Positions 52,201-64,000 of a DNA stretch of 64,000 nt are shown here, in pieces. The DNA comes from Phoronis australis (taxonomy: Eukaryota > Animalia > Phoronida). Location of the stretch: the NCBI GenBank assembly GCA_002633005.1, contig NMRA01000016.1:590443-654442 (forward strand), in the 5' to 3' direction. Every line of letters starts with the position of its first letter. Position 1 is the first letter of the stretch. The position numbers and the translations under genes are program-made. The notes beneath the pieces were generated by a model. That model had not been told where the DNA came from and ran no database searches. It was given only the letters and a program-made list of their open reading frames with translations.

Positions 52201-55200
52201 CTTGAGATTTCACTGGGAAGTCATAAGAAACATTTAGTGAAATTCTTACCAGACTTTGGTGGAAGCCCAAAATTTCTTTTGACAAATTATTTTCAAAGCA
52301 CAAGTTTTCACAGCTGTTTTGATGAGACCTTAACCTTGACATTCTAGACGAGAGTCATATTTTCTTGACATGAACAATGCTGCTCATAGGATTGCATGAT
52401 GGCATTGATGATGGCAGCTCTATTGTATCAGGAACCGTTCACAACTTTTGTAATCTTCCCTAGCGTACATTAACATTGAAACAAAGTTGGGTGAAATTCT
52501 TCGTTTTAATCTTTAGAATGGGGGAACGTGTCGCTTCGAAGAAACCAGCGTGGACACGTTTTTTGTCGTCCCGTGCTCCTGTCCAAACGGTTACGAAGGC
52601 GACTTCTGTGAATCTGACATCGACGGTTGTGCGGATGCTCCGTGTTACACGGGAGTTACATGCACGGACATCAAGGCGACCGAACTGACAGTGAATGGAT
52701 CACAGTATGAGTGCGGACCATGTCCAACTGGCCTAGTTGGTGACGGGACAACTTGTACCCCTAGAAATGAATGCGAAGAAGACCCGACTATATGTAAGTA
52801 AGAAAAAGGTTGTAATGCTAACAGCGGCGAAGGTGGATTTGTTTGAAGTTCACGAAATCCTTCTAGCGCCTTGATTGGACGCCAGGACACACTTTGCACA
52901 CTCCCGCTTAAAGACATCACGTGAAAGTTATTTGATGACCAGCAATTAGCAGTTACGAGATTTTGTCGCATGGAAATTCCTTGAGTTTACCGAAATTTCT
53001 AGTGCCGTCACTCTGACTCGTCTTGAAATTCGGAACAATAAACTTGAGTCGAACATTATATCATGCACAGTCAATGTACAAAGCGTAGAATTATGGCAAT
53101 ATACGTTAAAGTTAACGATCATATGTCTCACTTGTGTTGCATAGTGATATCCCTCGAAGACTTTCGTAATAGCGCCAAACTTGAAAAATATGGTACAGTA
53201 TTTTACAAAGTAGTCCAGTTTTTCGTTAACCTTCTGTTGTTCTGGGTATTACCAGGTAACCAGATCTGCGTCGACCTTGCCAATGGGTACGAGTGTCAAT
53301 GTAACGCCGGCTATTCGCTCATCAGTACCAGCACGTGTGCTGACGTGGATGAGTGTGCCAAGGGAACCCATGATTGCGACACCAACGCCAACTGTGTGAA
53401 CACCGAGGGTAGCTTCAATTGTTCTTGCAAGAGCGGATACACGGGAACAGGTATACATTTTCCTTTTGCAGTATCTAGACTTGAAAGCTCAAACTCTGGT
53501 TAGCAGCTATGTCATATTTTCAGTTAGATCTTCTCAAATACAATAAGAATGTAAGAAGTGGTGTTTGAAGAGAAGAAATCACGATACACTGCAAAATGCG
53601 CTATTACTTGCAGCTGAGGTCAATAGTTTAGCTTGTGTGGATCACCAAATTTATCAACAACTTGTTTAACTCCATTTGGTTCTTAAAACAACTTGTCTTT
53701 TTTAAGAATCTAGAAAAAGGTCCTTCCGAATGGCAGTGCTGTCGCTCTTTAAAATTGTTCGATAAAATTGTGTCCTTTGTGAGATTAGTTTACTCAAGTT
53801 GTAAAGGTAATAAAGACAACAGACACAAAATTAGCGAAGGTGGATCAAACGTGTTGAGACCGCAGCAATACATGAAACACGAAATTAGTTGCCACGTTCA
53901 AATGCAAAAACTATCACGTGTTGTGGTCCAAGTACTCATTATTTGATTTTTTACACTTGCAGTTGACTTGACCTGATCAATCCCAAATGTTAAAAAATAT
54001 TTTGGTTCTAATAAATGCCCTCAATTTTGTAAACAATCAACGAAAATGTGAAAAGGAATTTCTGTAAGCTTCAGAGAGCAGCACACGTTTCTCTCCGGTC
54101 TGGTTTATAAAACGGGAGATTGGGAGAGTAATAGAGCGTATGCGGACTAAGGGGAGAAGTCATAAATAATTGCAGAGATAAGTCCCCTCAATTACAATTC
54201 AAATCTGCGAATCTGATATCAAGAGATTTTTTCTTAACCACTATTCATGCACGGGTAACGATCGTTAGATTTTCAAATAAAGTTATAACCGACCTCAATC
54301 ACAATATTTTTTGCGGTTGCGCCATTTCTACACGCACAAACCGCGGACTTATATAACCCTAGGTCTTTATTCCTTTACAGCATCTCGTAAGAGTTTAAGC
54401 AGTGTCACTTACTTTATGGATAAAATTACACCTGGGCCCGGAGTCTAATCCCTGTGCTCGAAATCGAACGTGAAATTATTTTCGGCTTTTCCATTCTACT
54501 TTAATATACACTCCAGACAATTGTCTGTTAATATGTGCGCTAGTAATGTTATGGTTTACATGGATGACCGTCTAATACAGTTGCCCTTTATGATCCCACC
54601 ATTTAATCTGTAAGTTCAAGCCTAAATTCAAAACTTTGAGTTTGTATTCGAAATCTCTCTCGATTTTGCAGCTCATATCTAGGGGTCATCAAATGCAAAC
54701 ATAGATTGTAAACTCCTCTAGTTAAACCATAATGTACAAGAGCATAGAAAAATAGACGTTTAATCTCGAGTTCGTATTAAAGCAGGTGGGAAAATGTCAA
54801 GAAATCGAGTACAAAGATTAGACCCCGGGCCCGGTAGTTTTTAGTTGTACACAGGAATACGAAGTACTGAAACAGTAACTTCAATTTCTACACTAGGCAA
54901 ACAGGATGCTTGTGTAAACGTTGACGAATGCTCTGAGAATCCAAACCTGTGCGGCGCCAACTCGTGGTGCTCAGACAACGAAGGCAGCTATGAGTGTGTA
55001 TGCGACACGGGTTATAAGAAGAACTCCGCAGGAGAGTGTGTGGACGTAGACGAGTGTCTTACAGACAACAACTGTAAACAGGTGAGAATCGTCGCTGCTC
55101 TGTGTAATTGACATGCATGATTCTAAGAGCTTGTTCCGAATAGCCGGCCTGTCAGATCAAGGCAAAATTGGATACACGAGGGTGTTGATTTTAGGACCCC

Positions 55201-56396
55201 AACATTAAAGCACACTCTCAAAGACGAATAATAGAACAGATCACCAAATGGCAAAACAAGTAACTAAAGATGAACAAATGACGGCCGTATTTTCGCACTT
55301 GTCAAAGAGAGTAAGAGTACACAGTAAGCTTGTGATCAGGCAACTCCGTAGGTCGTGTCTTCAGCCAATAAATGGTCTACCAATACACGTCATCGTTGCG
55401 TCACGTGGTCACCTGTGAACTATTAAATAACATGAAATTCCATTGGCCGATTTAAAAGGGTGTGCATACGTTGAGCTGGTCACCTGATGACTTAACAACT
55501 AGGTTCAGTAATTTACAGTTTTTATTGAAAAGAAAGCATGTGAAGCTACTATCCTTCATGTGAGTTTGTTATGAATCTTCTACTGTAGGTTGTGGGACAC
55601 TCCACGTGAACACATGACACCGATGAAATCCACTAACAAATGACCTCAAAATCGTCCTTAGAGGTTAAATCAACGCATTTCATGTTCTTCAAACTAAGAA
55701 AGTTACCATTGCCTTTGCAGAACTGCGTCAATAAAGTTGGAAGTTATAGCTGCACTTGTGACTCGGGCTTTGTGTTGAATCAAACCGATCTCGTCACTTG
55801 TGACCCTAGCCAAACGTGCTCTACTGACCAGCGCAATAAATGCGACGGAGGAAATAGTCGCGCGACATGCGCTGTTGATCCCAACAATCCTGGAGGCAAC
55901 CCTCTGTGCTACTGTCCTGCGGGTTACGCTTTGAACAGCAACACTTTCTTTTGCGAAGGTAGAACAACCTTATTAGCAAAGTAAAACGTACAGCAATGAT
56001 GCATAAATGGTAAATGAACACAAACGTTTCAATTACGTGTCGTTTCTCCATGGTTCAAAATAAAGATCTGTTATTGTGAAAAGTTCGGGTAGACAAGGTT
56101 TTTATGGCTTCTCATTTCCACAAGTATTTTGCCTAGGAATATTCTCACAGCTGTTGTTTGTGACAAAAGCCACGTCAATTCGTCTTCCAGACATAGATGA
56201 ATGTGCCACCAACACAGACAAGTGTTCCTCCACTGCCGTTTGTGCCAACACTGACGGCGACCACCTGTGTAATTGCCAAAGTGGTTACGAGCACGATGTC
56301 GACGATATTTACAACAGAACATGCGTTGGTGAGTTGACTTAGTAGAACTTTTATGACACACACACACGCACGCGCGCGCACACACACACAAACAAA

Positions 56397-56434
<38 letters not shown>

Positions 56435-59400
56435 TTCCCACTTTTTGATATGACGACCATATCGTATTTTACCCTATAAGCACACGTTCCTTTGCAACGA
56501 AGTGAGTATGTATCGTTGGCCAAACAGGTGAACGTTACGCCGTTAAAATGTACCGCAAATAATTACTTTAGTCCTCAAATAATTACTTTATGCTGTTAAA
56601 TTACGTGCGAAGGTTAATTCTTGTTAGAAGCGTAAAGTTATTACTTGCGATGTAATTTGACGGCGTAAAGTAATTATTTGCGGCGTAATTTAACGGCGTA
56701 ACGTTCACCCAATTGGCCAACAAAAAGTATGGCACGTTGTTCATGTGCCACTCAAGTATGTGACAAGGCGAATCACAGCAAGTATCTCTTTTTTATATGT
56801 CGGCCTTTTATGGACAGTTTCGGTGTTCAAAACATGCGAGTAGTGGCAGCTCATTTCCATTTCTTCTGACGTCACACGGGCCTGCACCCTTCAAGTAGTT
56901 TAGTACCAGTCCAAGGGTCTCTTTGCATTAAACCTGACTTGGACGTTTGCAATTTCTTTGGAGGCATTACGTTGAACTTCGTTTGGTGCACAGGACTCAC
57001 AAATGGTCGAATAGGGGAAAATACATTTTCCACAGTAAACATTCTTAAGGTTGTTAATGTTGTTTGAGAGGGAGAATATTTTTGTTTCATGTCGTTTAGA
57101 AAATCTTCAAGCCATTAAATCATTAACACGCCTCTTCTTGCCAGATATCGACGAGTGCACGTCAAGCTCATCTCCTCACCAATGCTCTCAACAATGTCAG
57201 AACACAGTGGGAAGTTACTCCTGTTCCTGCCCGTCAACCTCCACGCTCGCGTCCGACAAACGCTCTTGCACTGGTAGGTAAACAGTGTCCTTAGGTTTGC
57301 CATTTTGTATTTGTTCGTGACTTGAGTCAACGAACACCCCCGGTATCTCTTGTGGTCATTACACTTTCAGCCTTTGTCGCCATCCAACTTAGGATTATGT
57401 TACATCTTATCGAATGGTGTATGTATTTAGTCAAACATCTGCAAAACTATAGTTTTTACTTCCACCTACATACCCGTCATCCATCACATTGCTAATAAAG
57501 AGTTTGCCAAAAGTCATTACGTCAGGAGTGGCGCTTCCTTACAAAAGTGGTTCGTTTCATACCGACCACCCACGATGTATAAACAGTGCATGTAATAACG
57601 TTCTTGTTCGGATAACTTCACCATTTGGTCATTTCTAGACATCGACGAATGTAGCGCGGACTCAACGAACAACTGCGATAAGACCTACGGCATCTGCGCT
57701 AACACGGATCCTGGATTCAAATGCTCTTGCAAGGCAGGGTACACGGGAGATGGTGTCAACTGTTTCGATCTGGACGAGTGTAACCAACCAGATAGAGGCG
57801 GGTGCTCACAGGGCTGTAACAACAATGGGGGAAGCTTTCAGTGTTATTGCTACCCTGGTTACAAACTCAATTCAGACGGAAAAACTTGCGCAGGTCAGTT
57901 CACCAGATGAATTAATGTAATAAGCATCCGAACATAAGACCCAAGTAAGGATCGGATGTTCAACCACTAAACTAACATTGTCGAAATTATAGGAACGTGA
58001 GATTTTGTTTATTTCGAGATTTCATACAAAGGAAAAACATATTATGTTGAATTGAGCACTGCACGTTTATCTTTCTGTGTAAATTACTTGCAGATATCGA
58101 CGAGTGCACGGAAGGAACTAACAAGTGCTACTCCAACGACAACTGCACCAACACAGTAGGGAGTTACACGTGCTCATGTCCTACAAACTACACGCTCAAG
58201 TCGGACGGAATCACGTGTGAATCCATCTACAAGTAAGCGTCGCTTCAATATGTAATCAAAAACAAAACTGGGAATAGCCAAATGCTTGCTGTTCTAAAAG
58301 TTGTCGATTTAATGGCAAAGCTTCTACGTAACCAAATCCGTAGCAAATACGCAGGCTTACTAGAAAGTTCAGGCCAAACACGAACATCTGATGCACAAAC
58401 CTTTTTTGATTTATCAAACGCTCATCGATAGAAACGTGATTTCTCATTAATTTGACCACAAGTTTTAAGACATCTTCTGTTAAAAGATTTGGAAATTGCC
58501 TCTTGACATGTACGGCTATGTTTGGTGGTCTCAGAACAATGTATAGCTAAAATGTATGACGAATGAGCGAACGTAAAAAACGACTATAACCCTGTTACCG
58601 CCAGGGTAGTAAATACATAAGGTAAATACGACACCAGCATGAGCGCCTCTCCAGTGGATATGCAGATATGAAATCAGAGGAAGAAGCGAAAATTCATGAT
58701 GTAGCGTTTTCAGTGTTGGTAACAACAGATATCAACTACATGAGAACCGTGTCTTAAACACCATTGTCTTTTGTCACCGCTAAGTCCAAGCACATGAGGT
58801 GTCAGGAAAACTCTACTGTTTCCCAGGTGCGTGAATGAAAGTGTGTGTAGCCACACCTGCTCACCTGTGAATGGTATCGACACGTGTCAGTGTCCTCGGG
58901 GGATGCAGCTCGACTCATCCAACAAATACAAATGCGTAGACGTGGACGAGTGCTCTGACCCGTCCCTGCACAACTGCCTGGCTCAGAACAACGTAAAATG
59001 TGTGAACGTGGAGAAAAGTTTTAAATGTGAGTGCACAGACGCCAGCAAGTTCTACCAACTAGAAGATGCCAAGTGTGCCAATATTGACGAATGCCAGACT
59101 GGCGCCTATACATGTTCAAACAACTCCATGTGCGTGGACGCTAACCCGGGTTACACGTGTGCTTGCAAGCAAGGCTACTACCCCTCCGAGGGCACATGTA
59201 TTGGTGAGTTGCAGTTTGAACAATTTGTTAGTAGTACAGTGTACAGGCGTCCATAACCCCATGCAGCAAATGCGTACCTCTTGGCGTTTAGTCGATTACA
59301 TGAATATTCAAAAACGTCCTGTAACAAAGCCAATGAAGATTTAAGCGAACTCCACTGGAATGTTCCCTAGCACCATAAACGATCTACCGTCAAACTTATT

Positions 59401-62400
59401 ATCTCTGCCTTCCAGATGAGGATGAATGTTCCCTTGGATCTACAGACTGTCACGCCACCCTTGGGGTTTGTACAAACACCGAGTCCTCCTACACATGCTC
59501 TTGTAAAGATGGATACTCCGGCAACGGCATCACGTGTATAGGTAAGTTGCTGTGATTCGTGTGATTGCGTTTAGAAAAGCTATTTGTCGACCGGCGATTC
59601 AGTTCCACACCACATGAATTATGGGTTAGTGGTAACCCGGGTGACCACTACTAGACAAAATACCTTTACCATCGACCCCTGAGAATACAAAACACCAAGC
59701 TGAGACGATATTAATAAAACATGGTAATCATCCTAAATTGCTGGTACAAATCCGTCATACCGTAGTGCCTCATAGTAAGCTATCAGTGATGTTTATGAGA
59801 TTTAAACTGTTTATGGAATAATAAAGGTATTTTCCAATCGTTTATGTCTTGATGGAGTTCTTCTCTGAGATGACCACAGCATATTATATTCCATTATGTG
59901 CATCATCCTATGCCGCTTTCTGCTGCAGATGTCAACGAATGTGTTAACAACCCGTGTGACAATCGCGAGGGTCGTGGCTCCTGTAACAACACTGAGGGTA
60001 GTTACACATGCGCCTGCAACACTGGCTACCTTAGGAACGCTGATGGGAAAACGTGTGATGGTAAAAAATTCCGTTCTTGAAATTGCTAGTCATTTAAGTA
60101 GTCATGTTTTTTTTAAGTTATGAACAAAATCTTATGAAAATAAAACTCGAAGCCACGCATTAAAGATTTCAAATCTTGATTGAGCAAGATGAATACCTAA
60201 GAATACTGCGTCTATGAGAGTTGACCTGGGCCCGGGCTCCTTTCTCTGATCTATGTATTGATCAGTTGCATGGACTATTAACTTACTCATTGATAAGACA
60301 TGGCTGTCACTGCCTAAATTTCGTAGTCTGAGACTGAGCTCGGACCTTAGGTCCTGGCCCCAGATGTGGTAATACTGTGACTGTTCTAATCATAAATGTA
60401 TTCCTGAACAGCTGATTTGCGATAATTCTTAACAAACAAAAAATACCAACCAATTTGTTAGACCTACTTACGTAAAGTTTGAGGTCCTCAAGTCCTTTAT
60501 GAAACCGCAACGCTACCAAATCTAATGCAAAAATATTGCACGTTTATCTAGATGTAAACGAGTGTCAAACCAATAATGGCGGGTGCCAGCAAGTGTGCAC
60601 CAACTCTGACGGTAACTACAAGTGTGACTGCAATGAGGGATTCCAGTTGGCGNAATACCTAAGAATACTGCGTCTCCGAGAGTTGACCTGGGCCCGGGTT
60701 CCTTTCTCTGATTTATGTATTGATCAGTTGCATGGACTATTAACTTACTCATTGATGAGACATGGCTGTCACTGCCTAAATTTCGTAGTCTGAGACTGAG
60801 CTCGGACCTTAGGTCCTGGGCCCAGATGTGGTAATACGATTGTGACTGTTCTAATCATAAATGTATTCCTGAACAGCTGATTTGCGATAATTCTTAACAA
60901 ACAAAAAATACCAACCAATTTGTTAGACCTACTTACGTAAAGTTTGAGGTCCTCAAGTCCTTTATGAAACCGCAACGCTACCAAATCTAATGCAAAAATA
61001 TTGCACGTTTATCTAGATGTAAACGAGTGTCAAACCAATAATGGCGGGTGCCAGCAAGTGTGCACCAACTCTGACGGTAACTACAAGTGTGACTGCAATG
61101 AGGGATTCCAGTTGGCGGCTGACCAGAAGAACTGCGTGGGTAAGTCTGACTCGGTATTAAGGAGTCAGTGTGGTCTAGTGACCGAGTTGTAACCTCCCAA
61201 TCTGGAGATTGCGGATTCAGGTCTGACCACACTTCTAGGCCCTTAAGTAAGGTGCCCTGTTCCATAGCTCCCTCGGTATTCTTTATACAGTATCGTACCG
61301 TGCTCTGTACTCCAGTCTGTTTGCATCGACGATGTAAATGAACCCGTATAAAAATGATATACTAGTTGTTATGAAACAGGGAATCGGGCATGTGACCAAG
61401 TGTTACTATAACATGGTTTTGGTTTTCGGCATATGTTGTGATATTGCGTATTCATCCCTCCGCAGCTTGGGCATGGACATGAGCTGGAAACAGTACGTAC
61501 ATGTACTCTTGGCTGTTTTGGAGTATGGGCTAGTTGTCCTGTTTGATGGTCAATATATGTTTGTTACCTGCCTTTCAGCCAAGTCACAGTGCTCAGATGC
61601 CAAGCAGAAGCAGTGCCAGATCTGCAGTCGAGTGAATAGCTCAGAGATTTGCTCCTGTCCGGCTGGTTACTCTTTGAAATCGGACGGATACAGTTGTGAA
61701 GGTTCGTGTGATTTGTTGTTAAATGGCGTTAGCTCTTTTAAGAGAGTATGCAAATGTTGATCAATAGCGCACCATTGTCTTTTTTCCTTTTGGTAACATC
61801 AATTTTAGAAATATAGCTGCAGCACGTGGCATCATCTTCGTAGACTGAAGCCTTGAGCTTTGGTGATCCGTATTTGTCTTAGTGTGTGCTATTGGAGTTT
61901 CATTCACCGCTATTATTTACTTCCAGTGACAAAACGGATCTTGTGTTAATGGTTTTCTGAACAGTTTGAATCTATGCCAAATTCTGTTAACAAAATCCTT
62001 ATCAAAATGCTATTTATTTGAGGCTATTGTGTCAGTCTTGAATGGACCCTCTTAGTTGCCTGTCTCCGTGTACCCAGATAATGGAGGCTGAAAGGAGATG
62101 CAAAAACGTCAATACGTTAGGGTTTTAGATTTGTGGCTGAATAGTACGGCGGATTTATAATATACTTTGCGTTATTTTCAAATCCCACTTCTCTGACAAG
62201 ACATTACAATGTTATTCACAGTCTCAGTGGCAAAGCATTTGCTTTTTGTTGTGTATTTCAGATGTGGACGAATGCGTCAACTCACCATGTGATTCCGTTC
62301 GAGGAAATTGTACTAACACACCTGGATCATTCTCCTGCACGTGCAGAGATGGCTACCTGTTGGCATCGGACAACACTTGCAACGGTACAAGGCGGGGTTG

Positions 62401-63936
62401 ACAATAGATATATATTTCTTGCGAGATATGTTCAGACAAAAAGATTGCACTATACAACTCAATTAACTAGGATGACTATTCAGTTTTTTCATCCAGTGTC
62501 TTCACATCTCTGACAGCTAGAAAAGTTCAAAAGATACGAACATCAACAAGATACGTATGTCAGTACATTGTCCAATGACTGAGAAAATTGGTCTATTGCA
62601 GATCGAAACGGAAACTGGGGCGCTTACGGTCCATGGAGTTCCTGCAGTTTAACGTGCGGAAATGGCACTACAACAAGAGTCCGAGAGTGCAACAATCCCA
62701 CACCAGCTGGCAATGGTGCCAACTGTACAGGGGGCGCTGCTGACAGCAAATGGTGCCTGCTAGAGTACTGCCCGTGTAAGATTCAAGATTGAATTTACTT
62801 TACTTCAAAATCTCAGAATAAACTCCTTACGGTTAATCTTCTTTGTTAAGGGTGGGTAGATAGCTAATACTAGGTGCACCTTTTTGTTTGATTTCTTATA
62901 CTCCAATGGTTTAGGAATAACTAAAAATGAACCAAGTCGGTTAACCTCCACACTTCCCTAGTCATTCCTTTTCTGGTGAAAATGGCGCGCAACAATATTT
63001 AGGCCCGGAGTCTAATCGTTTTAATTCGAACCGAACTTGAAATTATATTTTTTTGGCATTTTCTATTCTACTTTAGTGGGAACTCGAGACGTGTTTCCAT
63101 TATTCTATGATCGGGTGCAAAATGGTTGGCGTGCATAACGTTCTTTTACTATTTTGCACTTGATGACCTCTGTATTCACACTATAAGTTCAAGTGTGAAC
63201 ACAAAATTTGAGTTTTTCTCTAAATCTCGATTTTGTAGCTCAAATCTTGGGGTCATCACGTGCGGGCCTTCTACTTAAATTAGAAACGCATATGCGCAAG
63301 CCATAATGTACTTGAGCACAGGCTAACAGAATACATATGGAACAAGAAATGCCAAAAATGATTTCGAGCTCGATATCGAGTGCAAAGATTAAACCCCGAG
63401 CCCATATGCTATGCCACAAAATCGTTGAGGACACATCGGTGCTATGTCGTAATACACCATTTTCGTGTTTTAGTCTCCTCTGCTTGTCACGCGGTATATA
63501 TTCACATTTTGCAAACGCACTTCTGATTTTGGATAAGTCGGATGGCTATTCGCATTGAATGTCAAATAATTCAAGAATCTCATTGTATTTTCCGTGTTAT
63601 ATCTCCTTTGCATTGCTTTTCATGTCTTCGTTGTTGTTTTTCGATGTATTGTATTATAGCGTTGAAATTAAACAAATCTGTAGTAAACCTGAAACTTAGC
63701 CATTACAGCCTTCAGTACTGCCACGTAATTCTATGCGGTGAGTAGGGCATTGTCTGGGCAGTAAATCAAAGGATCCAGTGAATCGATCTCATCAAATAAC
63801 GTTATAAACTCTGTTTATTGTTCACCATCTGTGTCACTATTGTTTCTGGCATTGCCTTGCACTTTTTACAGTAAAGCAAGTTGTCAAAGATAACGGTGTC
63901 AACCTCGTGTTTGGAGGCGGAATGACAGCATCACAG
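27014..63936 (+). CDS. Giant extracellular mucin-like (MUC4/SUSD2-type) protein: novel N-terminal repeats, SEA, TSP1, EGF, NIDO, AMOP, VWD, cadherin-like, ~20 EGF, TSP1; 3'-partial
   Basis: Exons: 27014-28296 (N at 28051), 28541-28819, 32094-32612, 32958-33364 (N at 33329), 33715-34224, 34872-35381, 36078-36647, 37472-37613, 37772-37941, 38129-38455, 38990-39161, 40620-40777, 41016-41348, 42968-43120, 45602-46780, 46976-47215, 50338-50673, 51265-51558, 51763-52049, 52517-52793, 53256-53450, 54897-55081, 55721-55958, 56191-56328, 57145-57273, 57639-57893, 58094-58232, 58827-59203, 59416-59541, 59929-60060, 61017-61139, 61579-61701, 62262-62384, 62602-62775, 63872-63936. Splice phases are compatible throughout, apart from the two N gaps. 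No stop is reached. Signal peptide [24 protein letters not shown]. Confidence 0.85.
28541..28819 (+). CDS. Exon 2 of the giant protein (phase 1-1)
   Basis: acag|AC...AAG|gtaaat. Translation [21 protein letters not shown]...DKLCSEE. Confidence 0.8.
32094..32612 (+). CDS. Tandem repeat exon copy 1 (~173 aa, 8 Cys)
   Basis: ESCLDFDVL...NLYCDENG, phase 1-1. Confidence 0.85.
32958..33364 (+). CDS. Tandem repeat exon copy 2 (interrupted by an assembly gap at 33329)
   Basis: Near-identical to copy 1. About 100 nt is missing at the N. Confidence 0.75.
33715..34224 (+). CDS. Tandem repeat exon copy 3 (170 aa)
   Basis: ttcag acceptor, G|gtaagt donor, same 8-Cys pattern. Confidence 0.85.
34872..35381 (+). 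CDS. Tandem repeat exon copy 4 (170 aa, most divergent)
   Basis: [15 protein letters not shown]...DLYCKESGG, all 8 Cys retained. Confidence 0.85.
36078..36647 (+). CDS. Trp-rich exon of unknown domain type (190 aa)
   Basis: Open frame between tttcag and G|gtaaga, phase 1-1. Confidence 0.8.
36457..37572 (+). repeat. ~555-bp direct duplication centred on a single N (probable uncollapsed haplotypes)
   Basis: 36457-37010 versus 37012-37572, N at 37011. Confidence 0.8.
38706..38775 (+). repeat. 16-bp minisatellite, ~4 units
   Basis: acctgtgca(t/c)actat(g/c) repeated. Confidence 0.7.
38990..40777 (+). CDS. SEA-like domain (exons 38990-39161 and 40620-40777)
   Basis: [22 protein letters not shown]...[17 protein letters not shown] matches the SEA pattern, with G-S-I at the GSVVV position. 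Confidence 0.6.
39620..40160 (+). mobile_element. 5'-truncated L1/Tx1-type LINE 3' end (intronic)
   Basis: The ORF tail [22 protein letters not shown] resembles ORF2 C-termini. It is preceded by a C..V..FW remnant and followed by an A-rich tail. Confidence 0.45.
41016..43120 (+). CDS. TSP1 + EGF-like + cbEGF exons (41016-41348, 42968-43120)
   Basis: WPNCTQTCG...RTRPC and [11 protein letters not shown]...[16 protein letters not shown]. Confidence 0.85.
43337..44593 (-). mobile_element. Gypsy-type LTR retrotransposon (interior mostly in an N gap)
   Basis: 284-bp TG...CA LTRs at 43337-43620 and 44310-44593. TSD tcca at 43333-43336 and 44594-44597. Polypurine tract on the minus strand at 43621-43630. 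Integrase C-terminus [18 protein letters not shown]...PYHIV...VYSV...KTVNRSEI. Confidence 0.92.
45602..46780 (+). CDS. NIDO + AMOP exon (393 aa)
   Basis: [36 protein letters not shown] (NIDO). ECLKWL...EHCC...[12 protein letters not shown] (AMOP). Confidence 0.85.
46976..51558 (+). CDS. VWD domain and following Cys-rich region (exons 46976-47215, 50338-50673, 51265-51558)
   Basis: [54 protein letters not shown]. Confidence 0.92.
47344..49365 (+). repeat. ~1-kb direct duplication centred on a single N (probable uncollapsed haplotypes)
   Basis: 47344-48352 versus 48354-49365, N at 48353. Confidence 0.85.
51763..52049 (+). CDS. Cadherin-like/Ig-like domain exon
   Basis: NYAPSI...[10 protein letters not shown]...[11 protein letters not shown]. 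Confidence 0.7.
52517..62384 (+). CDS. Array of ~20 EGF/calcium-binding EGF domains (14 exons)
   Basis: Repeated D(I/V)(D/N)EC...C.N..GSY.C.C..GY consensus. Most introns are phase 1 and split the first Asp codon. Confidence 0.93.
54433..54833. mobile_element. ~400-bp MITE with GGGCCC-terminated TIRs
   Basis: gggcccggagtctaatc / gattagaccccgggccc. A second copy lies at 63001-63404. Confidence 0.7.
56356..56430 (+). repeat. (CA)n compound microsatellite
   Basis: acacacac...gcgc...aaac...cacaca. Confidence 0.95.
56515..56721. mobile_element. Foldback/MITE with long inverted arms
   Basis: gttggcc..ggtgaacgttacgccgttaaa..ccgcaaataattacttta mirrored by taaagtaattatttgcgg..tttaacggcgtaacgttcacc..ggccaac. 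Confidence 0.8.
60192..61117 (+). repeat. ~460-bp direct duplication centred on a single N (probable uncollapsed haplotypes)
   Basis: 60192-60652 versus 60654-61117, N at 60653. The first copy holds a truncated EGF exon. Confidence 0.85.
61161..61355 (+). mobile_element. Degenerate tRNA-derived SINE
   Basis: tggtctagtg A-box-like head, ggattcaggtc B-box-like, cccttaagtaagg core, gatgtaaa...A-rich end. Confidence 0.5.
62602..62775 (+). CDS. TSP1 domain exon
   Basis: [42 protein letters not shown]. Confidence 0.92.
63001..63404. mobile_element. Second copy of the GGGCCC-TIR MITE
   Basis: ggcccggagtctaatc...gattaaaccccgagccc. Internal similarity to 54433-54833 (taagttcaag, tctcgattttg.agctca, ggggtcatca). 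Confidence 0.7.
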
Positions 63937-64000
63937 GTAAATAATATTCGGCTCTCCTCGGTGTTTGCCATCCGATGCGACTTTTTGCCTAAAATGGCCC

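Noticed and set aside
56071-56523. Cys/Val-rich minus-strand ORFs
   Set aside because: These are translations of the (CA)n microsatellite and the antisense of an EGF exon
52517-62384. Fibrillin or Notch orthologue
   Set aside because: No TB or LNR domains are seen. The EGF array is spliced in phase to NIDO-AMOP-VWD.

Overview
Intron-rich animal (probably invertebrate) genomic DNA with GT-AG introns. The species cannot be determined from the sequence. There are two large + strand multi-exon genes. (1) 397-16307: a 5'-incomplete CACHD1/alpha2delta-family membrane protein with dCache-VWA-dCache, a Cys-rich region, a TM helix and a Tyr-rich tail ending near PPPY (23 exons traced in phase). (2) 27014 to beyond 63936: a giant signal-peptide protein of at least ~3,500 aa in ~35 exons. 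Its C-terminal part is a recognisable MUC4/SUSD2-type cassette with flanking modules (SEA, TSP1, EGF, NIDO-AMOP-VWD with GDPH, cadherin-like, ~20 EGF/cbEGF, TSP1). Its N-terminal ~1,350 aa is built from an unrecognised N-glycosylated, 4-Cys helical repeat, amplified as tandem symmetric exons, plus a short Trp/Gly motif. Intergenic and intronic DNA holds a decayed L1/Tx1-type LINE, a young Gypsy LTR element with intact TSD, tRNA-derived SINEs (an inverted pair), several MITEs, and a 44-bp tandem array that duplicates an exon end with its splice donor. Several single-N scaffold joins flank probable haplotype duplications. All exon coordinates and domain calls were made by eye.
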